Part shown: piece by piece, positions 33,987-44,894 of the stretch
Position numbering within the stretch: position 1 is the stretch's first letter
Layout of the letters: each line of letters starts with the position of its first letter
From: Arsukibacterium sp.
Lineage (GTDB): Bacteria > Pseudomonadota > Gammaproteobacteria > Enterobacterales > Alteromonadaceae
NCBI RefSeq assembly: GCF_041616895.1
Contig: NZ_JBFJPY010000005.1
Location: forward strand, 1,401-65,400
Direction of reading: 5' to 3'
Length of the DNA: 64,000 nt
Notes under the pieces: generated by a model
The model's input: the letters and a program-made list of their open reading frames with translations, nothing else
The model's database searches: none
What the model was told of the DNA's origin: nothing
Translations under genes and position numbers: made by a program

Positions 33987-34811
33987 ATGAAAACACTTAG
34001 CAAAGTTATAACGTTATCAGCAATACTCTTGGCCCTGCCGGTACTGGCAGATAGCAACACCGATGCATTGCAACAAGCGGCAGACCATCATGTTCGTAGC
34101 GATCAAAACAAAAATCGCGACCAATACCGTAACCCGGTGCAAACGCTGGCATTTTTTGAAGTGACCCCAAAAAGCACGGTGGTGGAAATATCCCCTGGTG
34201 GTGGCTGGTACACTGAAATTCTGGCCCCGTTACTGGCTGCCCATGGCAAATATTACGCCGCGCATTTTCCGGCCGATAGCAGCTCAGATTATTACAAAAG
34301 AAACCTGGCAGCGTTTAAAGAGAAGCTGGCAACTGACCCCATCTACAGCCGGGTAGAGCTAACAGCCTTTGCCCCAGGCAATAGCAGTGACATCGCACCA
34401 GCCGGCAGTGCTGATGTGGTGCTGACCTTTCGTAACCTGCACAACTGGTATGGTCAGGGTGGTGACGAGGGGATGGTAGCCATTTTTAAAGATTTTTATA
34501 AAGCGTTAAAGCCAGGTGGTGTGCTCGGCGTTGTTGAGCATCGTTTACCCGCGGATAAAGCTAACGGTGAATGGACCAGAAGTGGTTATTTCCCGCAGCA
34601 GTTGGCCATCACCCTGGCCGAGCAAGCAGGTTTTGTACTGGAAGATAGCAGCGAGATAAATGCGAATCCCAAAGACAAAGCTGATCATCCAAAAGGCGTA
34701 TGGACACTGCCACCAGTAATGCGGCTTGGCGAAGAAGATAAAGCGAAATATCAGGCGATTGGTGAGAGCGATCGAATGACCTTAAAATTTCGTAAACCTG
34801 TAACACAATAG
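33987..34811 (+). CDS. Class I SAM-dependent methyltransferase-like protein with a Sec signal peptide
   Basis: MKTLSKVITLSAILLALPVLA signal, RDQYRNP, SAM-motif-like VVEISPGGGWYTEIL, DVVLTFRNLHNW, LKPGGVLGVVEHR. Confidence 0.8.
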   Translation: MKTLSKVITLSAILLALPVLADSNTDALQQAADHHVRSDQNKNRDQYRNPVQTLAFFEVTPKSTVVEISPGGGWYTEILAPLLAAHGKYYAAHFPADSSSDYYKRNLAAFKEKLATDPIYSRVELTAFAPGNSSDIAPAGSADVVLTFRNLHNWYGQGGDEGMVAIFKDFYKALKPGGVLGVVEHRLPADKANGEWTRSGYFPQQLAITLAEQAGFVLEDSSEINANPKDKADHPKGVWTLPPVMRLGEEDKAKYQAIGESDRMTLKFRKPVTQ

Positions 34812-34826
34812 AAAACGGAAATCCCG

Positions 34827-36116
34827 ATGAAAGTATTGGTAATCGGCGGCGGCGGCCGCGAACATGCTCTGGCCTGGAAGGCAGCGCAATCTCCTCTGGT
34901 TAGCCAGGTATTCGTGGCCCCTGGCAACGCCGGCACAGCGCGGGAAGCTAATCTGCACAATGTTGATATTGCTGCCGATGATGTACCGGCATTACTGGCA
35001 TTTGCGACTGAGCAACATATTGAACTCACTATAGTCGGCCCGGAAGCGCCATTGGCAAAAGGGGTAGTTGATGTGTTTCGCGAAAAGGGTATGGCTATTT
35101 TTGGCCCTACGCAGGCAGCGGCACAACTGGAAAGCTCAAAAGCATTTGCCAAAGACTTTCTGGCACGACACCACATCCCCACCGCCGCTTATCAAAACTT
35201 CACCGACATTGCCCCAGCCAAGGCTTTTGTTAAGCAACTGGCCACGCCCATCGTTATTAAAGCCGACGGCCTCGCTGCCGGCAAAGGGGTAATTATTGCT
35301 CAGACAGAAGCCGAAGCATTTGCGGCGATTGACGATATGCTGTCCGGTAACAAGTTTGGCGATGCTGGCAGCCGGGTGGTAATTGAAGAGTTTTTACATG
35401 GCGAAGAAGCCTCTTTTATTGTAATGGTCGATGGCGAACATGCATTGGCCTTTGCCTCGTCGCAGGATCATAAAGCGCGAGATAACGGTGACAAAGGCCC
35501 TAATACCGGCGGTATGGGGGCGTATTCACCTGCACCAGTGGTTACCCCTGCCGTGCATGACTGGGTGATGCAGCAAGTTATTTATCCAACGGTTCGCGGT
35601 ATGGCCGCAGAGGGTAATGTGTTTACCGGCTTTTTGTATGCCGGGCTGATGATCGCACCGGATGGTTCTGCCAAGGTACTGGAGTTTAACTGTCGCTTCG
35701 GCGATCCGGAAACGCAGCCTATTATGCTGCGACTGGAATCTGATCTGGTTGCGCTGTGCCAGGCAGCGGTTACCGGCAAGCTGGACCAGGTGGCAATCAA
35801 ATTCACGGAGCAGGCGGCTGTGGGCGTGGTGCTGGCAGCAGGTGGCTACCCTGATAACTACGACAAAGGCATTGAAATCAAAGGTTTGGATGGCATTGAT
35901 ACCAGCAGCGCCAAAGTGTTCCACGCCGGTACGACGCTTATCGATAATAAAGTGCTGACTAACGGTGGCCGGGTATTGTGTGCTACTGCCCTGGGTACCA
36001 ATGTCAGTAACGCACAGCGGGCAGCATATCAACTGGCCAAGCATATCAGCTGGGACGGTATGTTTTACCGCAGTGATATTGGTTACCGTGCGGTTGCCCG
36101 CGAACAGCAAAAATAA
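34827..36116 (+). CDS. purD: Phosphoribosylamine-glycine ligase
   Basis: MKVLVIGGGGREHALAWK, KADGLAAGKGV, GPNTGGMGAYSP, RFGDPE. Confidence 0.98.
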   Translation: MKVLVIGGGGREHALAWKAAQSPLVSQVFVAPGNAGTAREANLHNVDIAADDVPALLAFATEQHIELTIVGPEAPLAKGVVDVFREKGMAIFGPTQAAAQLESSKAFAKDFLARHHIPTAAYQNFTDIAPAKAFVKQLATPIVIKADGLAAGKGVIIAQTEAEAFAAIDDMLSGNKFGDAGSRVVIEEFLHGEEASFIVMVDGEHALAFASSQDHKARDNGDKGPNTGGMGAYSPAPVVTPAVHDWVMQQVIYPTVRGMAAEGNVFTGFLYAGLMIAPDGSAKVLEFNCRFGDPETQPIMLRLESDLVALCQAAVTGKLDQVAIKFTEQAAVGVVLAAGGYPDNYDKGIEIKGLDGIDTSSAKVFHAGTTLIDNKVLTNGGRVLCATALGTNVSNAQRAAYQLAKHISWDGMFYRSDIGYRAVAREQQK

Positions 36117-36125
36117 GGCTAAAAC

Positions 36126-37916
36126 ATGCGCGTCGTGTTGTTAATTCCGCTTCTGGCGGTGCTGCTCAGCCTTAGCGCTTGCAGCAAACCAGAACCGTTG
36201 AGCTGCGAGGGCGCGTATCAGCCCATCGCAGTTATACAGGGTAAGACAGAACACAGTCCGTTGCTGGGTCAGCAGGTCGTGACGCGCGGCGTGGTAGTTG
36301 GCGGCGTTTACCCTGACTCACCGCTGCCGGGGCTGATGCTGCAAAGCCTTACTGCTGACGATGATCCGCTTACCTCTGAAGGCCTGTTTATTCAGTTGGC
36401 TGAGCCCGGTAAATATCAGCAGGGCGATGTGCTGCTGTTACAGGGAACCGTAGCTGAGATAAACGATTTAACCTCGCTGACTGATCTTAGCCATATTTCG
36501 CGCTGCGCCAGTAAGCAGCAACTGAGCAGTACCGTTGTCAGCTTACCGCTGAGCGATAAGCTGAACATGGAGGCACTGGAGGGCATGTGGTTGCGGTTTC
36601 CACAGGATTTGGTTGTGACCGATAGCTACCAACTAGGGCGCTATGGCGAGCTGATGCTGGCCGATCAGCGCTTAATCGTGCCAACAGAAATTAAATTGCC
36701 TGGTACCGAGGCAATCCAATATGACCAACAACAACAGCGACGCATGCTGGTGCTGGACGATGGCAGCTGGCAGGAAAACCCAGAGCCGACGCCGTATCCG
36801 CCGAGCGGCTTAACCGCCGACAACACCATACGTTTAGGTGATACCGTGCGCGGCGTCAGTGGGTTTCTGTTTCAGGATGAGCGGGGTTACCGCCTTATTC
36901 CTTTGACGAGCCCGCAATTTATCAGCACTAACCCACGTCCTGCTGCACCTTTGCCAAAACACCACGCTGACTTACGGGTAGCAGTATTCAACGTGCTGAA
37001 TTTTTTTACCGGGCATGGTCAGGCAGAACCCTTCCCGACCCGACGCGGTGCCCGCACCCCGGCAGATTTAGCCCGTCAGCAAGCTAAGCTGATTAGCGCC
37101 CTGGCGGCTATGGATGCCGACATTATTGGTCTGCTGGAGCTGGAAAATAATGGTTACGGTGGTGGTAGTGCTATTGCTACGCTGGTGGCGGCATTAAATA
37201 ACGTTGTTGCTGAACCTTACGCCATTGTTGAAACGACTGAGACACCCGGCACTGATGCCATCAAAGTTGCTCTGATCTACCGGCCTTCAGCAATCAGCGA
37301 AGCGGGCGCCGCGGCTACCCAAACTGCAGCACCCTTTAACCGGCTGAACCGGGCGCCGGTTGCTCAAACCTTCCAGCACCTTGCCAGTGGTAAAAAGCTG
37401 ACCGTTGCAGTGAATCATTTTAAATCTAAAGGCAGTTGCCCGCGCGATGATAGCCCGCAGTACGAGCTACAGGCAGATCAGAACGATGGCCAGGCTTGCT
37501 GGAACGCAGCCCGGGTTGAGGCAAGTAAAGCCCTGACCCAATGGCTGGCTGGCAACCCAACCGGCACCTCCAGCGCGCATCAGTTAATTATGGGGGATTT
37601 AAATGCCTACCGGATGGAAGATCCGGTGCGGGCCCTGGAACAAGCCGGGTGGCAGTATTTACATGATCCAAAACACTCCGGGTTTTCTTACGCCTTTCGC
37701 GGTCGCAGTGGCTCCCTTGACCACGCGCTGGCCAGTGAAGAACTGGCTGCCTATTTGCACACAGTTGAACACTGGTCAATCAATGCCGCTGAACCTGTGT
37801 TGCTCGACTACAGCAGTCGCTATAAATCGGCAGAAGCACAACAGCGGCTTTACGGTGCAACGCCTTACCGATCTTCAGATCACGACCCGGTTATTTTAAC
37901 GTTCCGGTTTCAATAA
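36126..37916 (+). CDS. ExeM/NucH-family extracellular endonuclease, predicted lipoprotein
   Basis: Lipobox LSAC, OB-fold (IQG...SPLLGQQV), LEGMWL, EEP domain motifs FNVLNFF, NHFKSKG, MGDLNAY, SLDHAL, SSDHDPV. Confidence 0.9.
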   Translation: MRVVLLIPLLAVLLSLSACSKPEPLSCEGAYQPIAVIQGKTEHSPLLGQQVVTRGVVVGGVYPDSPLPGLMLQSLTADDDPLTSEGLFIQLAEPGKYQQGDVLLLQGTVAEINDLTSLTDLSHISRCASKQQLSSTVVSLPLSDKLNMEALEGMWLRFPQDLVVTDSYQLGRYGELMLADQRLIVPTEIKLPGTEAIQYDQQQQRRMLVLDDGSWQENPEPTPYPPSGLTADNTIRLGDTVRGVSGFLFQDERGYRLIPLTSPQFISTNPRPAAPLPKHHADLRVAVFNVLNFFTGHGQAEPFPTRRGARTPADLARQQAKLISALAAMDADIIGLLELENNGYGGGSAIATLVAALNNVVAEPYAIVETTETPGTDAIKVALIYRPSAISEAGAAATQTAAPFNRLNRAPVAQTFQHLASGKKLTVAVNHFKSKGSCPRDDSPQYELQADQNDGQACWNAARVEASKALTQWLAGNPTGTSSAHQLIMGDLNAYRMEDPVRALEQAGWQYLHDPKHSGFSYAFRGRSGSLDHALASEELAAYLHTVEHWSINAAEPVLLDYSSRYKSAEAQQRLYGATPYRSSDHDPVILTFRFQ

Positions 37917-37987
37917 AACAGATAACGGTTGCAGCCGGTAGCGGTGTTGCTTTATGGTAACTCCAGAATTTTTTACCGGCGCAGCCT

Positions 37988-38884
37988 ATGTCACATAAAA
38001 ACCCGATCATTGCGATCACCGGCTCCTCTGGCGCCGGAACTACCACCACGACAATCGCTTTTCAGCATATTTTCCGCACCTTGGGCATAGATGCCGCGTT
38101 TGTCGAAGGCGATTGTTTTCATCGCTTTAGCCGGCCAGAAATGGATCTGGCAGTGCGTAAAGCCAAAGAGCAAGGACGTTACATCAGTTATTTTGGAGCT
38201 GAAGCAAACGATTTTGGCGCGTTAGAAACGTTTTTTGCCAGTTACGCTGAAACCGGTACCGGCCGCATTCGACATTACCTGCATACCTTCGATGAAGCCG
38301 TACCTTATAACCAGTTACCCGGCACCTTTACCCCATGGCAGGACTTGCGTGCTAACACCGACTTACTGTTTTATGAGGGCCTGCATGGTGGTGCAGTAAC
38401 CGAGCAGCATAATGTTGCGCAACATGTCGATTTACTGATAGGTATGGTACCGATAGTCAACCTGGAATGGATCCAGAAGATCATCCGTGACACCTCAGAG
38501 CGTGGCCATAGCCGGGAGGCGGTTCAGGCCAGTATCGTGCGCAGTATGGATGATTACATTAACCATATTACGCCGCAGTTTTCCCGGACTCATATTAATT
38601 TTCAGCGGGTGCCGACTGTAGATACCTCAAACCCTTTTAGTGCTAAAGATATTCCGTCACTCGACGAAAGTTTTGTTGTGATCCGTTTTCGCGGTATTAA
38701 ACACGTTGATTTTCCGTACTATCTGCGAATGATCCACGGATCTTTTATGTCACGGGTCAATACTCTGGTGGTGCCAGGAGGTAAGATGGGATTAGCGATG
38801 GAGCTGATTTTAACCCCATTGATTGAAGCGATAATTCAAAAGCGACGCCAGGCCAGAGGCCAGGCAGACTGGTTAGGTAAATAA
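37988..38884 (+). CDS. prkB: Phosphoribulokinase-family protein
   Basis: IIAITGSSGAGTTT, EGDCFHR, YEGLHG, INFQRVPTVDTSNPF. Confidence 0.93.
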   Translation: MSHKNPIIAITGSSGAGTTTTTIAFQHIFRTLGIDAAFVEGDCFHRFSRPEMDLAVRKAKEQGRYISYFGAEANDFGALETFFASYAETGTGRIRHYLHTFDEAVPYNQLPGTFTPWQDLRANTDLLFYEGLHGGAVTEQHNVAQHVDLLIGMVPIVNLEWIQKIIRDTSERGHSREAVQASIVRSMDDYINHITPQFSRTHINFQRVPTVDTSNPFSAKDIPSLDESFVVIRFRGIKHVDFPYYLRMIHGSFMSRVNTLVVPGGKMGLAMELILTPLIEAIIQKRRQARGQADWLGK

Positions 38885-38937
38885 CCCCTTTACCTGGCAG
38901 CGCAGGTTAGGCTGCCATGGCCTGGCTGTGCTTTGCG

Positions 38938-39744
38938 TTATTTCATTTCAGGCAAGTTACGGCCGTAGAAAATTTCCCTGATTTCTTTAAATACTTTCTT
39001 ACTGATCAGTTTCTGCTCATCAGCAGTCATACTGTCGGTGCCCATGCCAAACAGATAATTGTTTAAGTCAGCCTCTTTTAACATCATCTTGGTATGGAAC
39101 AGGTTTTCCTGATAAACGTTAACGTCAATCATCTGAAACGCCTGCTTGGTATCCACTTCCATAAAATTCTGGATAGAGCTGATAGGATGATCGATATAAT
39201 GCTTGGTACCACTGATATCGCGGGTAAAACCACGCACCCGGTAATCAATGGTTACCACGTCTGACTCAAAACTATGGATCAGAAAATTAAGTGCTTTTAA
39301 CGGTGAAATAATGCCACAGGTAGAGACTTCAATATCCGCTCTGAAGGTACAGATACCGTCATGCGGATGGACTTCAGGGTAGGTATGAACGCAAATATGA
39401 CTTTTATCCAGATGCGCCACCACGGTTTCCGGCAGCGGACCGGGATTCTCTGAATTGTCAGGATCAACCAGAACCGGCTCTTCGCTGACCAGTATCGTGA
39501 CACTGGCTCCCTGTGGATCATAATCCTGCCGGGCAATATTAAGCACATTGGCACCAATGATATCAACCACTTCAGTTAATATATCTGTCAGTCGGTCAGC
39601 ATTATATTGCTCGTCAATATATTCAATATATTCCTGACGGTGCTGCTCGGTCTTGGCATAACAAATATCATATAAGCTAAAACTTAAGCTTTTAGTCAGG
39701 TTGTTAAACCCGTGCAGTTTCAATTTTTCGAAAGGCTTTACCAA
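38938..39744 (-). CDS. speD: S-adenosylmethionine decarboxylase proenzyme (E. coli-type long form)
   Basis: [14 protein letters not shown], self-cleavage site HLDK|[21 protein letters not shown] start after GGAG. Confidence 0.95.
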   Translation of the reverse strand: MVKPFEKLKLHGFNNLTKSLSFSLYDICYAKTEQHRQEYIEYIDEQYNADRLTDILTEVVDIIGANVLNIARQDYDPQGASVTILVSEEPVLVDPDNSENPGPLPETVVAHLDKSHICVHTYPEVHPHDGICTFRADIEVSTCGIISPLKALNFLIHSFESDVVTIDYRVRGFTRDISGTKHYIDHPISSIQNFMEVDTKQAFQMIDVNVYQENLFHTKMMLKEADLNNYLFGMGTDSMTADEQKLISKKVFKEIREIFYGRNLPEMK

Positions 39745-39791
39745 TTTCTGCGCTCTCCACTACAGCTTTCGCTGTATTGTTTATCAGGCAA

Positions 39792-40220
39792 TTACTCAGA
39801 CCCGACAGTCTGACTTGCATTGTTAACACTATAGGAATGGCTTACAGCAACACTGCTGGCCAGCATAATCGACACTGAGCAGTATTTATCTGCAGATAAA
39901 TCTACCGCCCGTGCGACATGTTTCTCGCTAAGATCATGGCCGGAGACCACAAAATGCAGATGGATTTTGGTGAATACACGTGGCGCTTCTTCAGCGCGTT
40001 CTGCGCTTAGCTCCACCTCACAACCGAGCACGTGCTGGCGGGCTTTCTTTAAAATGCTAACCACATCAACAGACGAACAGGCACCTGCGGCCATTAACAC
40101 CATTTCCATCGGGCTGGGCGCGCTACTGTCAGCACTATTTGCATCAAATACCACCTCATGGCCACTGGCTGAGCGACCAATAAAACTCAGGTTATCAACC
40201 CAACTGACTTTTGCTTGCAT
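39792..40220 (-). CDS. yhfA: OsmC-family protein (YhfA-like)
   Basis: MQAKVSWV (start 40220), PSPMEMVL, GACSSVDV, KYCSVS. Confidence 0.88.
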   Translation of the reverse strand: MQAKVSWVDNLSFIGRSASGHEVVFDANSADSSAPSPMEMVLMAAGACSSVDVVSILKKARQHVLGCEVELSAERAEEAPRVFTKIHLHFVVSGHDLSEKHVARAVDLSADKYCSVSIMLASSVAVSHSYSVNNASQTVGSE

Positions 40221-40304
40221 ATCCGGTTCCGGCATGAAATTTCAGGCTGGATATTCTACGGAAATATAAGGCGGGTAGCCAGCATTAATCCTGATGCTAA
40301 GCTG

Positions 40305-40655
40305 CTAATCCATGAGCCTGGCGATGGCACTATCAAACAGGTTTTTGATTAACAATGCGATTTCGTTTATCAGTTCAGCCTGCTCGCGAGTAGCTTTTTT
40401 TTCCAGAACGCTGCTCAGCACTTCCTGAAAGTCATACATAATGCCGTCAACTTCACGAATGATCATACTGCGATGGTTTATTTCCAGTTCGGTATGCTGT
40501 GTGCATAAGGTGATAATTTGTTCGGCAATTCGTTCTTCCAGCACAACGCCAATGGTTTTACCATTGGCCAGCACGGTTCCTTCTTCGGTAAACAACGCCA
40601 GGTGCTCAGTTAAAAACTGAATGAGATGCTCGTAGCCAGGTTGATCAGTCACCAT
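40305..40655 (-). CDS. Conserved hypothetical protein (DUF3802-like)
   Basis: 116-aa clean ORF starting MVTDQPGYEHLIQFLTEHLALF. The family assignment is from recollection only. Confidence 0.65.
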   Translation of the reverse strand: MVTDQPGYEHLIQFLTEHLALFTEEGTVLANGKTIGVVLEERIAEQIITLCTQHTELEINHRSMIIREVDGIMYDFQEVLSSVLEKKATREQAELINEIALLIKNLFDSAIARLMD

Positions 40656-40732
40656 ACGAATGGGTTACCTGAATTGCTTGAAGTTAAAAACATTACAATA
40701 GCGTAATTTAAGCAAAATGTCGGCAAGAAAAC

Positions 40733-40757
40733 AAATCGGGGCCGCAGCCCCGATTTT
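40733..40757. terminator. Hairpin terminator downstream of astD
   Basis: AAATCGGGGC-CGCA-GCCCCGATTTT. Confidence 0.7.
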
Positions 40758-40762
40758 ATTAG

Positions 40763-42232
40763 TTAAAAGCTCAAGCCCGGTGACAATTGTTCAGGCATTG
40801 ACACCTGGTCTAATTCTACTGAGGCAACCGGGTAAGCACAGTAGTCTGCCGCATAATATGCACTGGCGCGATGATTACCGCTACCACCAATTCCACCAAA
40901 AGGCGCTGCAGAACTGGCGCCGGTAATGGGTCGGTTCCAGTTGACAATACCTGCTCTGATCCGCCGATAAAAGTGCTGATAAAGCTCCTGACTGTCACTG
41001 AGCAACCCTGCTGACAAACCGAAACTGGTGTTATTGGCGGCATCAATAGCCGTATCGAAGTCACTAAATCGGAACACTTTTAATAAGGGGCCGAAATGCT
41101 CCTCGTCGGGAAAGTTTTTGACATTGCTGCATTCAATGATACCAGGCGACACTAACCCCGTATCGCTGTGCAAATGTTGCAGCTCAACCAGAACTTCACC
41201 ACCTAACTCGATCAGGTGTTGCTGGGCAGCACGCATTCCTTTGGCCGCGGCGACCGAAATCATGGCGCCAATAAATGGCTGAGGGTCTGCATCATACAGG
41301 CCCGTTTTAATATTGCGGGTCACTTCAATCAAGCGGGTTAGAATAGCATCACCCTGTGCGTTCGCCGGTAAAAACAGTTTGCGGGCACAAGTACAGCGCT
41401 GGCCTGCTGAAATAAAGGCTGACTGCACAATATCATGTACCACAGCATCGATATCGCTGACATCCTGAACGATAAGCGGGTTGTTACCGCCCATTTCCAG
41501 CGCCAGAATTTTTTCCGGCCGCCCGGCAAATTGCTGGTGTAAATAATGGCCAGTACGTGAGCTCCCGGTAAAAAATAAGCCATCAATACCTTCATGGCTG
41601 GCAATCGCCTTACCAGTATCCACCTCACCTTGTAACAAATTAAGCACTCCGGCTGGTAAACCAGCTTTTTCCCACAATTTTACGGCGTGCTCGGCTACCA
41701 TTGGCGTTAATTCTGATGGCTTAAATACCACGGTATTACCTGCTAACAACGCGGGGACAATGTGGCCATTCGGCAAGTGGCCCGGAAAGTTATAAGGGCC
41801 AAATACCGCTACTACCCCATGAGGTTTATGCCGGACAAAGGCCCGGCCTTGCGGCATGGGGTTCTCTTTGGTGCCGGTTCGCTCTTCGTGTGCACGTACT
41901 GATATATCCACTTTACCAATCATTGCTGCCACTTCAGTACGGCTTTCCCACAACGCTTTTCCGGTGTCTCTGGCGATGCACAATGCCAGTTCTTCTTTAT
42001 TGGCAGCCAGTTGTTCAGCATATCTTTTTACCACTTCAACCCGGCTGTCAAAACTGAGGTCGCCCCAGCTGTATTGAGCGGCGCGGGCAGCACTAATGGC
42101 GGCGTCAACTTGCTCCGCCGTGGCGGCTTCCCCCTGCCAGACCTGCTGGTTTTTGGCCGGGTCAAGCGATGAAAACGACTTGCCCTCACCTGCCAGCCAT
42201 TGGCCATTAATAAATTGTGCTGCGTGGCTCAT
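40763..42232 (-). CDS. astD: Succinylglutamate-semialdehyde dehydrogenase
   Basis: [49 protein letters not shown]. Confidence 0.96.
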   Translation of the reverse strand: MSHAAQFINGQWLAGEGKSFSSLDPAKNQQVWQGEAATAEQVDAAISAARAAQYSWGDLSFDSRVEVVKRYAEQLAANKEELALCIARDTGKALWESRTEVAAMIGKVDISVRAHEERTGTKENPMPQGRAFVRHKPHGVVAVFGPYNFPGHLPNGHIVPALLAGNTVVFKPSELTPMVAEHAVKLWEKAGLPAGVLNLLQGEVDTGKAIASHEGIDGLFFTGSSRTGHYLHQQFAGRPEKILALEMGGNNPLIVQDVSDIDAVVHDIVQSAFISAGQRCTCARKLFLPANAQGDAILTRLIEVTRNIKTGLYDADPQPFIGAMISVAAAKGMRAAQQHLIELGGEVLVELQHLHSDTGLVSPGIIECSNVKNFPDEEHFGPLLKVFRFSDFDTAIDAANNTSFGLSAGLLSDSQELYQHFYRRIRAGIVNWNRPITGASSAAPFGGIGGSGNHRASAYYAADYCAYPVASVELDQVSMPEQLSPGLSF

Positions 42233-42245
42233 GTTATACCCCTGC

Positions 42246-43265
42246 TTATATTCTGGTTAATCTGATGTGCTCACCGGCTTTAACGCCTAAAGCGTCGGCG
42301 CAGTCCTGTGGCAATACAACCTGATCGCTATGTTCCGTTACTGTAAGCGGCAGCCAGGTTGCACGAAAGTGTTCTAAATTAGTATTACAGATTAAATAAG
42401 GCTGACCATCCGGCCCCGGCGTACCGATCTGCACCTGTAGCTTACGACTATACCGAATTGAACGAATATGCTCTACTCTTGCTTCCACTGTCGGGCCTGC
42501 ATCAAAAATATCGACGTAGCCACGGTTTGAAAAACCTTCGGATTGCAACAACGACAAGGCTGGCCGTGTTTTATCATGCACTTTGCCTATTACCTGCTGC
42601 GCCTCTTTACTTAACAGGCTGACATATATCGGATATTTTGGCATAAGCTCGGCAATAAACACTTTCTGGCCAATGCCGGTCAGGTAATCTGCTGTAGGAA
42701 AGTCAACCGAGAAAAAATGCTCCTGCAACCAGCGCCAGAACGGCGAATGACCATTCTGATCAGAGACACCACGCATTTCAGCAATGACCCGATCGGCAAA
42801 GCGCTCGGCAAATTCAGCCATAAATAAAAAACGGGCTTTAGATAACAACCGGCCATTATTTTTTTCACGGCGGTTTTCCCGCAAAAATAAAGTGCAAAGT
42901 TCACTGACGCCGGTGTAGTCGTTACACAGTGTCAGAATATCAACTGTTTTGTAAACACCTAGTGATCGTGAGCTGTGCACCACCTTACCCAGATGATAAT
43001 GATAGAACGCATCATCCAGGCCTACCGCGGCTTCCAGTGCGCTGGTACCACAAACATCACCCGTATTGGTGTCTTCCAATACAAATAAGTAGCCCTCGTC
43101 ACCAGGGCTGCTTACTTTTTTTTGTAACGACTGCTCCGAACGGCTGATTTTACGCATTAGCAGCTCATCATTGACCGGCAGCGAGGTAAAACCATGCCCC
43201 GACTCAACCGCCATCTGATAGAGCGCCGGGTAATCATCCGCTCGGATTGGGCGAATCACCATCAT
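42246..43265 (-). CDS. astA: Arginine N-succinyltransferase
   Basis: [30 protein letters not shown]. Confidence 0.96.
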   Translation of the reverse strand: MMVIRPIRADDYPALYQMAVESGHGFTSLPVNDELLMRKISRSEQSLQKKVSSPGDEGYLFVLEDTNTGDVCGTSALEAAVGLDDAFYHYHLGKVVHSSRSLGVYKTVDILTLCNDYTGVSELCTLFLRENRREKNNGRLLSKARFLFMAEFAERFADRVIAEMRGVSDQNGHSPFWRWLQEHFFSVDFPTADYLTGIGQKVFIAELMPKYPIYVSLLSKEAQQVIGKVHDKTRPALSLLQSEGFSNRGYVDIFDAGPTVEARVEHIRSIRYSRKLQVQIGTPGPDGQPYLICNTNLEHFRATWLPLTVTEHSDQVVLPQDCADALGVKAGEHIRLTRI

Positions 43266-43387
43266 CGTCGCTTACTCCATTTTTGCTTTATATCCTGGCA
43301 GGACACGCTGTTGTGTCCTGCTGTGCTTCATTCAGTTGCGGTCTTTATGCCGCTTACTTAATTGTATTATGGCACTTTTAATCGTGG

Positions 43388-44680
<1,293 letters not shown>

Positions 44681-44745
44681 TTATTGCAGGTTTTAGGGCG
44701 GTTGTCTTGTCGGTAAAAATGGCTAAAGCCAGAAAAATCAAGGGG

Positions 44746-44784
44746 TACAGATAGATTTGCAACTGAACTGAATAACTAAGCAAA
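44746..44784. promoter_or_regulatory. Candidate tandem ArgR (ARG) boxes upstream of astC
   Basis: Two 18-mers 3 bp apart: TACAGATAGATTTGCAAC (44746-44763) and ACTGAATAACTAAGCAAA (44767-44784), compared with wwTGMATwwwwATKCAww. The second is a good match and the first is weak. Confidence 0.45.
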
Positions 44785-44894
44785 GCGCGTTGGGCTTACC
44801 AGAACAAGTGAGGACCCACGGCCAAGCAGAAGCTGGCCGGATGATGCTTAGCCAGCAGTATTTCCGGTTTGCATGAATATGGTCAAAAAAAATG

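Noticed and set aside
35526-36110. 194-aa antisense ORF within purD
   Set aside because: Fully nested opposite a conserved enzyme, with no recognisable motif.
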